Part shown: positions 51,201 to 62,684 of the stretch, in pieces | Layout of the letters: each line of letters starts with the position of its first letter | Position numbering within the stretch: position 1 is the first letter of the stretch | Assembly (NCBI GenBank): GCA_030390025.1 | Contig: CM059428.1 | Span: forward strand, 86,242,001-86,306,000 | Origin: Squalus acanthias | Lineage: Eukaryota | DNA: 64,000 nucleotides | Direction of reading: 5' to 3' | Notes under the pieces: generated by a model | What the model was told of the DNA's origin: nothing | The model's input: only the letters and a program-made list of their open reading frames with translations | Database searches by the model: none | Made by a program: the position numbers and the translations under genes

Positions 51201-53635
51201 TCATGGCTGATCTGTGACCTAACTCCATATATACTCTATATAGAAAAGAGTGAATTCATGTGCAAATTGGCAAGCTGATCCAGGGGATAATGAGATACGG
51301 CACATGTTAAGAATCTCCAGAACTTGCTGGTCGATTTACGCCACACACAGAGAGATGCCCCTTGCCTGCAAGATTTGGCCCGTTACATATGACCTGAGTT
51401 GTGAGAAGTAGAGTTGGGGACTCACAATATGGAAAATAGCTCACAAAACCAGTGCAGCAGGAAGTGCGACAGGAGACCACTGCTGTATAAAATAGAGCAG
51501 GAGATGTGAATAATGGTAAGTAGAGCAAGGATGTGGAAGGCAGAGCAGGACCCCAAGTATTATGCAGAGTGGAGCGCAGGAGACCAGCATGATGGAGAGT
51601 GCGGCAAGAGAACGAACTATGGAAGTGCGAGCATAAGATCAATGCTCTAAAATGATAGAACTTTACAGCACAGACAGTTACCTTTCAACCCACTGCGCCA
51701 GCTCTCTGAAAGAGACCTCAGTGGAGCAGGTTAAATGGTAGCTGGTCAGCACCTGGCCGCTCCAGGGCAAGGAAGTGAACTGGGTGATTTAACTGCCCAC
51801 CCACCCAGATTTCACCAGGTGGATGAGAGTGAAAATCATCGCCATGGAAACGAGTGCAACTATTCAAAGCTATATAGAAAAGAGTAAATTCAAATATACA
51901 TTTGTACTTGTAGGTGAGGGAGTACTGCAATCCACAGGTGCTTTACTTGCACATGAGGTAACCCCTTTCCCAACAGCGGTGCACATTTCACATCTATTAT
52001 ATGGGTATATACAATACACATTTGATAAATTAACAAAACTGGATGACACTCTATGGTTAAAACTTTACTTGTAAGAATGTGAGAACACACACAATTGAAT
52101 GAATGTCATTTCTTACAGGCTGTCGTTTTGTCCTCACTCCAGGAAACTTGTTTTGACAACAAAGCTCTGTTTGCCACACAGACAACTTTTCCAATACTCA
52201 GCACGCAGCACTCCCCACACATTGATGTCACTAATCAGCCTTCTATTCCACTAAAAACCCTTCTGACCTCTGCTCACAAATGTCCATATACAAAAAGCCT
52301 TGTAAAGAGCAGGACCTACAAAACTCACAAGCGTAGAGCAATTCTGGGGCCACATTTTTGCATGAAAATCAGCATTAAGAACCTTAATTTGGGTAGGTGG
52401 AGGCAGAAATTAGGGCAGGACACATTTAGGCCAAATTCCTGTCCCTTTTTCTGCTGTCAGAATTTCTGTTGTATTTAGTAATTGTGCTACAAATGTGCAA
52501 GTGTATTACGATGGCATGAAATAAGGGATATAGGTCATATTATGTATTTCCCTCCATTTGAGTCCTAGTAACACTGGGCTCAAGAAATGCCTATGCTTCA
52601 GTGTTGCTAACGGTGCCAGGAGACATTTAAAAGAATGATTTGCCTACTACAATCGATCACAGCTTCTTGCTCATTTCTGCTGGCAGAGACACTGGGGGTA
52701 ATTTTCACTTTAGGTGCGGGCAGAAAACCATCAATTATGGATCGGCCACTGTACACCCCGCCTGATCTTAATTTCTATTGACTTCAATGAAGGGAAAGTC
52801 AGGTAGGCAGACAATCTGCAACCATCAGTTTTCCACCCGCGCCAAAAGTGAAATTTATCATCATCTTGGCAGGCCTTTACAGACTAACCAGGGAATTATT
52901 TTAAAGTTTAACTTCTGGTTTCTGAGGGCCATGGGCCCACTTATGCTCTAGCAAGTGCTGCACGCATTTCCACATTCCGTGTGTGACAAGCACCCCAGTT
53001 GTGCTTAAACTGACATGGGAAACCACTAACAGCATTCAGTCGTGCCTGGCCCTGGGATTTCAAACAGCGTCAGGGACACATCCCAGATCTGGCTGCAAAA
53101 GGCCTCCCACAGCATCACAACACTTTCCTCGATAGTCGCTCGCTGTTGAGTAGCCTATACTCTAATATTTTTTAAGACTGACTAATATCAGATAACAATA
53201 GTCATTATTCTGTCATTGATACTGAGACTGCAAGAAAGATTTCCTCTGTGCAGTACTTGTAGCAAAATCATAAATGCAGCCAGACATAATGGGCTGGATG
53301 GCCTCCTTCTGTGCTGTAAACTTCCACAGTAAATACGTTTATAAAGAAAGTATTTCACTGTAAGAAATCATAGGCCATCCCACAAAAAAATGGCACAAGA
53401 AGTATGGTGTGTGGGGTGTGAACTCTCTGGATTCAGTGAGGTCAATAATTATCATATGCTCCCTGCATGTTTTCCACAGCACAGGGAACGCTATAGCTGA
53501 AAGTGGTTGGGAAATAAGAGCAACAGCAGCTCTTAAAGGGTACAGCTCTCTTGAAACAGTCTGTTGTGGCTGAGTGGTGCTGTAATGCAAGAAGCAAATG
53601 CTTCTAATGTAAATACATTATTCTGTAGTTATACT

Positions 53636-54393
53636 GGCCCAGAAATTCAGCGCTTGTCGGGTGAGTACGCGCTGTGTACTCACCCGTAAGGCCACTTGAA
53701 GTGCCGGTTTCCTGCATGCACTGCGCATGCGCGGGAAACCGGAACTTCCGGACTCGTGAAGGGAGGGGTTCAGAGGTGAACCGCGTGCACGGGAGAGGCT
53801 GCGCGCACGCAGCGAACTTCGTTTTTTTTTCAGGTTTCTCCGGGAAGGTAAGTATGGAAGAAGCTGCGCTTTTAAAAAGGAGGCGCAAGACCCGTTTTTA
53901 ACAAGGTAAGTGGTTAATTAATTACAATTTAAAAATTTTCTCAACAGGTTTATCTTTTTTAGATACTTTAAAGAAAGGTAAGTTTATTTTAGCACCGTTA
54001 AAAAGTATTTTAATTTAAACAAAAATTTAAATTTTTGATTAAAGTAGTTAATTTATTTAACTTAGTTATTTTAAAAATGTGATTTTTTAAAAATTTATTT
54101 GAAGTTTAAGTGTGGTTTTGGGGCCGATTTCAATTCATAGATTTGACAGCTCTTCCTGTCAAATCTATGAATGAAAATGCCCTGTTAGGATTGGCTCTCC
54201 ATGGCCCACGTGATCCCAGGGGACGCTTCGAACTAACTGCGCCCCTGGGACACGCAAGCACTGCGCGCCGGCAGCTGGAGGAGGCCCAGGACCCGAAGTT
54301 CTCGTGGGCCCAAAACACAACGGCAGGCGCGGTAGGTAAGTACGCGCATGATGCTTTCACCCGCAGGAAGCCGGAAAACCGAATTTCTGGCCC
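53636..54393. mobile_element. Harbinger-like MITE (family copy 1)
   Basis: TIRs GGCCCAGAAATTC / GAATTTCTGGCCC; 3-bp TSD ACT; collinear with 61051-61801. Confidence 0.85.
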
Positions 54394-54549
54394 ACTGTCT
54401 CCAATGTGCGCTCCTGCCATGAGCACATCTACCTTTTCCAATATGGCGAGCGGTGCACCTCCGTTCAGAAATGTGCACCGCATTGGAGGCTTAGCAAACT
54501 GTTTAGCGCCCAACAAACTGGTGCGGCACAGACAAATTTCTAGGCCTGC

Positions 54550-54808
54550 AAATTTAAATCCTACCAGGTTTGAGAATTTGAATTTAGTTTAAAAATAAAA
54601 AAGCTGGTACCAGTAAAAATGACCTTGAGGTAGGGAAGGAAACCTGCTGGTCTGTGACTCCAATCCCACACCAATGTGGTTGACTCTTAACTACCCTCTA
54701 AAGTGGCCTAGCAAGCCACATAATTATATCAAACCTGGACAACTAGCAATGGGCAATAAATGCCAGCGTTGCCAATGATGCCCACATCCCGAGAATGAAC
54801 TAAAAAAC
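54550..54808 (+). mobile_element. Degenerate SINE-like derivative of the tRNA-headed LINE family
   Basis: AATGTGGTTGACTCTTAACT..GGCCTAGCAAGCCAC joined to the tail GGGCAATAAATGCC...GATGCCCACATCCC. Confidence 0.7.
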
Positions 54809-56124
54809 ACATGTAAAACTCTCACAATCTCTTTCAACTCTCTTTTCCACTGTCATGAGTCACTGACTAGGTTTTTTTTGCTCCTTATCTTTTGATACGC
54901 CTACTTCAGAATTTTGCCAACATTTAAAACAAAGTTGCTATCTTGTGACATTGCTCATCAGTGTACATACTAAATTCCTGCCTTTCCCCACTGATCTCCA
55001 CTGCACAGCTGTGTTATGACTTGATTTGCTGTACAGTAGTATTCCTTATCATTATAAATTCCTGTGTCCACATTTATAATGAAAATTGCCTGTGATCTAA
55101 TTACTATCTTGCTCTGCCTTTTTTCTTTAACCAAATATTTAAATAATGTCAGAAATTCTGGTTTGTCAATTATTTCAACAGTAGCATTAATCTCTTTACT
55201 TGATGTTTCTGAAGTGTTGGGAATTATATCCGGACCACTGATTTACCAAAACTGAATAAGACAAATGCCGCCACTGTCAGGAGGATGTGATTACAGCATA
55301 ACAAGTTTACACAGGCAATTTATCATAATAAATGTGGACACAGGAATTTATAATGGTAATACAACAAAAAAAGGACAGAATATAAGACGTTAAAACTGGG
55401 ACTGAATTATGTCTCCTGGCCGCAATGTGACTGTCCAGAAAAGAGGGGGTAGAATCCCAGGGGAACCTTGTTCTGTCTCAAATCCTGGTGACAACCCTCT
55501 GCTGAGTATTTCCAGCATTTTCTGGTTTTTATATCAGTTTTCAGTCACTGCCTTCAATGAGATTATTGGTCTTCATCAGAAGTGCTAAACATTTTGTCAC
55601 CCTGTCCCCTTAAAACTTCTGTCCTATGTGGAGATTTTCCCTTTTTAAAGGGGTTTTAAGCACTTTTAGTCCAGATTGCTTGATACCTTTCCACCAATAC
55701 TGACATTAACACTGTTTGCGATTAGGTGAGACATGACTCTCCCAGTGCGATGGTTGCTTTTCCTACCTTCCATGAGAGCACTTTAGTGTTCTGAATACTA
55801 ATAAAAAAGTGAAATGTTTGAAATGCAGGACTGGTTTTAAAGCCAGTCTCGCTCTCTCTCACACCCACAGGCTTCATAAAGGTGTCTTATTAATGGAATG
55901 CTTAGTGTGCCATGTTTAGTAAAGTGCAGATTTAAAATAGAAGTACGATGAAGAGTAATATGACTGTATTTCACTACGCCATTAATAGGAAAGTAAAAAG
56001 TGCCAGTGAGATCTATTCATTGGCCATTGGCCTTGCCACTTCATATTCGCCGCTGTGCGCACTGCGGTTTATTATCAGTTCTTCAGCAAATTGTGGTGTG
56101 AATTTGCCACTGGAGGATCGGGGA

Positions 56125-56553
56125 GTTTTTTTATATTCATTCACGGGATGTGGGCATCGCTGACTAGGCCAGCATTTATTGCCCATCCCTAATTGCCCTT
56201 GAGAAGGTGATGGGGAGCCATATCTTGACAACTGAGTGGCTTGCTAGGCCATTTCAGAGGGCAGTTAAGAGTCACCTACATTGTATTGGGTCTGGAGTTA
56301 CATATAGGCCAAATCGGGTAAGGACGGCAGATTTCCTTCCCTAAAGGACATTAGTGAACCAGATGGGTTTTTACGACAATCGGTAGTTCCATGGTCACCA
56401 TTACTGACACTAGCCTTTTATTCCAGATTTATTTAATTTAGCCGACTTTAAATTCCCCAGCTGCCGTGGTGGGATTTGAACTCACGTCTCCGGATCATTA
56501 GTCCAGGCCTCTGGATTACTAGACCAGGAACATAACCACGATGCTACCATACC
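56125..56553 (-). mobile_element. tRNA-derived SINE: head and tail of the tRNA-headed LINE with the ORF absent
   Basis: A/B boxes GGTAGCATCGTGG and GAGTTCAAATCCC. Head matches 1255-1569; tail matches 30105-30185. Confidence 0.85.
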
Positions 56554-56629
56554 ACCAAACAAAGAGAAACAAAGAGGCGCCAAAATTCCGGTGCAGATCA
56601 TGGGTGGGGAATGGGAAGATCTAGTTACT

Positions 56630-56790
56630 GTTTCAGGTCGATGATTTTTCGTCAGTCTGACAAAAGATCATCAACCTGAAACGTTAACTCTGTTTCTCTC
56701 TCCACAGATGCCGCCTGACCTGCGTATTTCCAGCATTTTCTGTTTTTATTCAGATTTCCAGCATCCGCAGTATTATGCTTTTGTATTAGT
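56630..56790 (+). mobile_element. Penelope-like pseudo-LTR fragment with an inverted hammerhead-like core
   Basis: 26-bp inverted pair at 56630-56655 / 56657-56682 containing CTGAC(G/A)A...GAAAC, followed by GTTAACTCTGTTTCTCTCTCCACAGATGC. Related fragments at ~38332-38388 (minus) and ~55498-55540. Confidence 0.55.
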
Positions 56791-57956
56791 GTGACTGAAA
56801 ACTGATGGTGTGTCTGGCCAGTTCCAACATCCGGAAATTGTTATAATATCATTGAAAATATTTTTTCTATTTTCAGAGGATCTTGGTTGGACTAGTACCT
56901 CAATTCTTATTTAATGTAAACAATTATTTATTAGTGCGGACTTTTAATTTCAGGTATCTCCATCTGCGCATTCGGTCATATACCAAATCGATCTCTGTAA
57001 GTGCAGGGTTTTAAAGGGTCGCTAGCATAAAAATGATTGTCTGTGATCAGGGCTTTACTTGGATTCATAAAGTCAGAAAATGTGAATATATCTCAGAGGA
57101 TCAGGCCAATTCCAAAGTCGACAGCTTTGTATTGATTAAGGAAGAGATCCGGAATACTTAGATAATTTTTCGATCGCAGGCTGGCCGGAGGAGCAGGGGG
57201 GCAGCCGTCTGAAGAAGATTGCGATCGCGGGCCAGCCAGAGGAGCTGGGGGGTCCCAGAAGATCGTGGGCCACGGCGCGGCTGAAAGCGGGGGGGGGCGG
57301 TTGTCTGAAGGGATCGGGGACCGGGAGCAGCGCGGGGTGGGCCGGAGGAGCAGTGGGGGAGGGTGATTGGAAGCCTGGGGGTGGGATCGGAGGCCTGTGG
57401 AGGGAAAATCAGAGGCCTCGTGTTGGGGGTCTCCAATCGTGGGGGGTGGGTTATGCAGGTACCCTAGATCCAGGAGGTAAGTGTAAAGCCACTTACCTCC
57501 TGAATCCAGCAGTCCTCGCCTTGCTTTAGCTGGCCGGTTTCATGAGGTGTGCAAAACCTGAACAACTACAGTTAAATTCAAAATGGAGGTTAAATCAGAG
57601 GCTTCCAGCCACATTATAAATATTTAAATAGACGACGTGCCTCCTGGCAGAGGATTGGCTGCCTGCCTCCGTCCCACCTCAGTAAAACCAGAAGTAGGCG
57701 GGTTGAGGTCGGGATTCAGATTTTTATCACTTTAACTACCCCCACATCCCCCAACCCACTCATTATTTTTTTTGATTAAAATTCCCCCCTATAAATGTAG
57801 GTAAAACCACCGAGAATGCCAATAGGATTAAAATTCACACTTTAAAGTTGATTCCACGTTAATGTTGAATTTACTAATATTCAGATAAAAGTATACCATA
57901 CGAGTAAACAACTAGCTCTAGAGGAGTTAATGAATTTGATGAGTTCATCATCTTAC

Positions 57957-58377
57957 CAGCACACAGACGCCCTTGGTGATGAGGACAAGAAAAGTCATCC
58001 AGCTCACAATATTTTCCAAACACTCTACCTAACTTGGTCTGGTAGCATAAACATTTCCCGCAGTTGCAGATCCCTCGATTACTGCAAGCAGGCTGTTCTT
58101 TGTACTGCCGGCAATTCTCAATGAGGCATTGTTCCTGGGTCAATTCTTTGCAGGAAGAATTAGTAACTCTGTCTTCACACTGGCAAAGTCTACAATCTGG
58201 GTCAAGAGCTTTATTGAAGCATCTTCCAGCAGTATGACCTTTAGGCCCTTTGCACTGACAAGCACAAGTACTGCTTATAGAAATAACAGTTGTTTCATTG
58301 TATCCAACAGGTTTTAAAAATATGTATTTGTCTCCTTCATAACACTCTGTCGCTCCCACTGTTATATTAAAAGAAAC
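57957..58377 (-). CDS. ITGB8: Integrin beta-8 exon (end of hybrid domain and first I-EGF repeats)
   Basis: Acceptor GGTTTAG, VSFNITVGATEC...LKPVGYNET...CSNRGICNCGKCLCYQTKLGRVFGKYCELDDFSCPHHQGRLCA, donor GTAAGA. 421 nt, phases 0/1. KLGxVxGKYCExDDFSCPxHxG matches beta-8. Confidence 0.95.
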
Positions 58378-59091
58378 CTAAACCAGGAAAAAAGTGGAAA
58401 TTAGTGCCGGTAAATGAGCAGGGTAATTTGTAAATACATTTTATTATAAATTATTAAAAGGATTATTCTTTTTGTTCTTTGCATATAGCACTTTGTTTCA
58501 TATGTCTGTTTAACCACGGCTCCAGAAACAGAACCATTACATCCAAAAAGTACAGCATCATTTTAATCACATCACTAAACTAAATGAGGGAAGTCAGTGC
58601 TATATTCTGTAATTCAATCTTTGATTATTTCAAATTATTAGTTGGTAAAATGACCAGAAAAGTAATCATTAAAAGTTTAATTAATTGGCATGTGCTGGGG
58701 AGGCCATGCTCTGACCCCATAAAGGGTTTATTTTTCCTCCCACTTTGAGGAAAAAGTGAGATTGAATTGCATATAGACATTACATAGATTGTACAGTACA
58801 GAAATAGGCCATTCGGCCCAACTGGTCCATGCCATGTTTATGCTCCACAAGAGCCTCCTCTCATCCCTCTTCATCTAACCCTATCAGCATAACCTTCTAT
58901 TCCTTTCTCACTCATGTGTTTATCTTGCTTCTCCTTAAATGCATCTATGCTATTTGCCTCAACTACTCTTGTGGAAATTATCCCTTAAGTAAGAGAAATT
59001 TACTTTGGCTGTTGCTATATATGTTGACTTGTTTGTGAAAGGCTCCAACTGTTACACCCCGGGTTATACTATCATGTACAGGTAAACATAC

Positions 59092-59380
59092 AAACTTGCA
59101 TTCATATAAAACCTTTCATCACCTCAGAACATCCCAAAGTGCTTCACAAATCGTGAAGTACTTTGTGGCAGCCACATTTGCACAGCAAGATCCCACAAAC
59201 AGCAATGAAATCAATGGATAAATAATACGTTTTACTGGTGTTGGCTGAAGGATAAATGTTGGGTAGGTCACAGGGAGAACTCCCCTGCTCTTCTTTGAAT
59301 AGTGTCATGGGATCTTTTACATCCTTCTAAGATGGCAGTTAGGGCCTCAGTTTAACATCTCATCCGAAAGACAGCTCCTT
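59092..59380 (-). mobile_element. Older, truncated DeuSINE
   Basis: Diverged match to 1-325. Confidence 0.7.
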
Positions 59381-59568
59381 AGAAATTGGTTCAAGTAGCA
59401 CCAGATTTTTGGTTGCTACTCAGACTACTAAGGCCCTAATATGGCAGGCAGGAAGCGTGCACACATTTCCAGCCAGAACTGTGCCGCCTGGCATATTGGG
59501 TAAGGACAAACCAAAGGCATTCTTTACCCTTGCCTAAAGCAGGCATTAGGTCTTGAAAGAAAGAAAGA

Positions 59569-59573
<5 letters not shown>

Positions 59574-59615
<42 letters not shown>
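59574..59615. repeat. (GA)n microsatellite at a SINE tail
   Basis: Perfect GA run preceded by GAAA units, abutting the SINE 3' end. Confidence 0.95.
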
Positions 59616-59619
<4 letters not shown>

Positions 59620-60072
59620 GGATTTATATAGTGCCTTTCACGACCACCGGACTTCCCAAAGAGCTTTACAGCCAATGAAGTACTTTTTGAAGTGTAGTCA
59701 CTGTTGTAATGTAGGAAACGCGGCAGCCAATTTGCGCACAGCAAGCTCCCACAAATAGCAATGTGATAATGACCAGATAATCTTTTTTTTAGTGATGTTG
59801 ATTGAGGGATAAATATTGGCCAGGACACCAGGGATAACTCCCCTGCTCTTCTTCGAAATAGTGCCATAGGATCTTTTATGTCCACTTGAGAGCAGAGAGG
59901 GCCTCGGTTTAACGTCTCATCCAAAAGAGGGCACCTCCACCAGTGCAGCACTCCCTCAGTACTGCATTGGAGTGTCAGACTAGATTTTTGTACTCAAGTC
60001 CCTGGAGTGGGACTTGAACCCACAACCTTCTGACTCAGAGGCAATGGTGCTACAACTGAGCCACGACTGGCA
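59614..60072 (-). mobile_element. DeuSINE (SacSINE1-like), full length
   Basis: Matches 1-466 throughout. Confidence 0.88.
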
Positions 60073-60264
60073 AACAAGGGGCCGAATGCCCGTTCTGAGG
60101 TCTCCTCTCCAAGATTCATCTGCGGCAGCATGGGCTACACTCAGTAAGACCAGCATGAGGGATCACCTGCAACAAAGAAAGTAAGTAACTTACCTGAATG
60201 TGGATCTGGGAGGAGCAGAGGTGCTCCTCTCGACCCCACATTAAAGGACCCAATCGCTGCTCCT

Positions 60265-60605
60265 GACCCTCCATCCCATCGCCGCCACCCCGTCCCCACC
60301 CATCACTAGCCCCCATCTGCTCTCTGCTCCCGACACAGACCCGCTTGATCCCAGACATCGACCCCTGCGATACCTGATACCAAACCCCACGATCTCCAAC
60401 ACCGACCCCCACGATCCCAGAAACCGACCCCTGCGATCTCTGACCCAGGCCCCCATCCCGATCCTCGACCAAGGCCCCGATCACCAACCCAAACAACCAT
60501 CCTGATCCCCGACCCAGACCACTGCCCCGATTCCCGACCATGGATCCCGACCCAGGCCCCGATCCCTGACCCAGGCTACCATCCTGATCCCTGACCCAGG
60601 CCCCC
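60265..60605. repeat. C-rich imperfect tandem repeat (CCCCGATCC-like units)
   Basis: Recurring CCCC(AC/G)GATC, GACCCAGG and GACCCC units. Similar G/C-rich arrays lie inside the Harbinger-like elements at 46500 and 57200. Confidence 0.6.
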
Positions 60606-60744
60606 TTCGACGGGAACATTGAAATGGAATGGGGCCTGAGGCCCAATATCTGGAAAGTCTCAGGCCTCACCATTCAGGAGCAAAGCAGCACGAACTATGT
60701 TCCTCGTGCGCCCCAAAAATGGTGGCAGCCCAGTTTCTAGGCCA

Positions 60745-60886
60745 GCACTTCCAACACTGCAGCACCCCCTCAGCACTTCACTAAAGTGTCAGCCTAGATT
60801 ACATGCTCAAGTGTTTGGAGTGGGACTTGAATCCGCAACCTTCTGTCTCAAAGGCAAGAGTGCTTCCACTGAACCAAGACTGACAC
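60745..60886 (-). mobile_element. DeuSINE 5' fragment
   Basis: Matches 319-466. Confidence 0.7.
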
Positions 60887-61050
60887 GTATAACGTATAAT
60901 TAAATATTGGGCACTATGAACACACTCCTGAACACAAGCTGTTGAAACCGCTTATGGGTGTGACCAGCACCATTGTACCTGAGAGAATTCTATGATTCTA
61001 TGAATATCAAAGGCAGGCCCAAAACTTGCAACAGTAACTAAAGACATAAT

Positions 61051-61801
61051 GGCCCAGAAATTCGGCCGAATACGGGAGAGTACGCACTGTGTACTCACCC
61101 ATATTCGGTCCCGAAGTGCCGGTTTCCTGCATGCACGGGAAACCGGCACTTCCGATATTGCGAAGGGGGCGGTTCCTAAGTGAACCGCGTGCGCACTACA
61201 GGTTGCGCGCACGCAGCACACTTAGTTTTTTTTTCAGGTTTGAACGCGAAGGTAAGTGTTGAAGATTTTACACATGAAGAAAGCAGGCGTAAGACCCACT
61301 TTTAACAAGCTAAGTAGTTAATTAAGTATTATTTTAATTTTTTTTCAACAGGTTTATCTTTTTTAGAGACTTTAAAGAAAGGTAAGTTTGTTTTTATAAC
61401 TTTTAAAAAGAATTTAAATGTTTTCAAAAATTTAATTTTTGTTTAAAGTGGTTAATTTATTTAACTATAGTTATTTTATTAATGTGATGGCTTTTTTTAA
61501 TTTAATTGAGGTTTAGCTGTTCTTTTGGGGGCAAGTTGTATTCATAGCTTTGACAGCTCTTCCTGTCAAAACTATGAATGAAAGATGGTGTGCTGCCTTT
61601 GGCTCTAACTGGCCCACGTGATCCCAGAGGTCGCATCGAACTAACTGCGCCTCTGGGACACGCACACACTGCGCGCCGGCACCAGGGAGAGGCCCAGGAG
61701 CTGAAGTTCGTGTGGGCCAAAACCATAAAGGCAGGCGCGGAGTGCGATATCGCGGGGGATCCTTACCCCCGCGGCAACCATCGAAGTCCAATTTCTGGGC
61801 C
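61051..61801. mobile_element. Harbinger-like MITE (family copy 2)
   Basis: TIRs GGCCCAGAAATT / AATTTCTGGGCC; 3-bp TSD AAT. Confidence 0.87.
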
Positions 61802-62684
61802 AATACAGTTTCATATTACAGTGGGGATATAAATGCACCTTTATCAATGATGTACTACATTGTTGTGAGTAACAAGATGTAGATCATTTTACAATGCCAC
61901 CTTTGTTAGTCATTAAGCTTCCATTGAAAATCAAGGTCACACAAAATCAATTCAGCATGTGCTTTGTCATGGAAAATTTATACTGCAATATTTTTCTACA
62001 AACAAACAAACTGGTTAAAGTTCAATTTGGTTTGATAAGAACTCTATGCCAGAACTGGGTATTTGAACATTCCATGCTGATTACTGCAACTATTCACAAA
62101 CAATTTAAAAAAATCCTCAATTACCTCCTGTAATCCCAGCACAGTTGGAGACTGTGATTTAGCTGTATAAACTAAATTACAGACCCCAGGCCTAAGCTCT
62201 ATTGGGCAGGAGGTGGCTGGAGGGAGCGCATCATCCTCCTTTTGCAAATGGTCAGAAGCCCAAACTATTTTCATTTTCGGGCCTCATTTGAATTCTATGA
62301 GCTGCTTGTGCAATCGGAGCAGCTCGCCAATCAGGGAGGATGGGGAATCCGGTGGCCCCTCCGCAGAGTCCAGCCAGTCCAGGCAGGTTAAAGGGCGAAG
62401 GGGAGGCCATCACAAGGGAGGGTCGCAGAGGATGGCGCATCAAAAGGGGTTAACTTTTGTGAAGTCAAGAAGAGTAATAGGGACCGGTTGCTAGGCCACT
62501 CTACGCCAAGTAACATCAGCGTGTGTGGCGCACACTCCGCATATTGGTGCATCAAAATTGCATGGTGATCTTATTTTCATCACACACCCCGATTTGCATT
62601 GGCTCACGAGAATTACCTGCAAGGCTCTGGTGGGAGCCTGGGCCAACATTTCAGAGCATCCATCAAAATGACGGTAACTGGGAT

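Noticed and set aside
60265-60605. CRISPR-like array
   Set aside because: Eukaryotic context, degenerate repeats, no unique spacers and no cas genes.
60116-60673. Gly-rich 185-aa ORF and similar ORFs at 43202-43771 and 46302-46681
   Set aside because: Products of low-complexity G/C-rich repeats with no domain signal.
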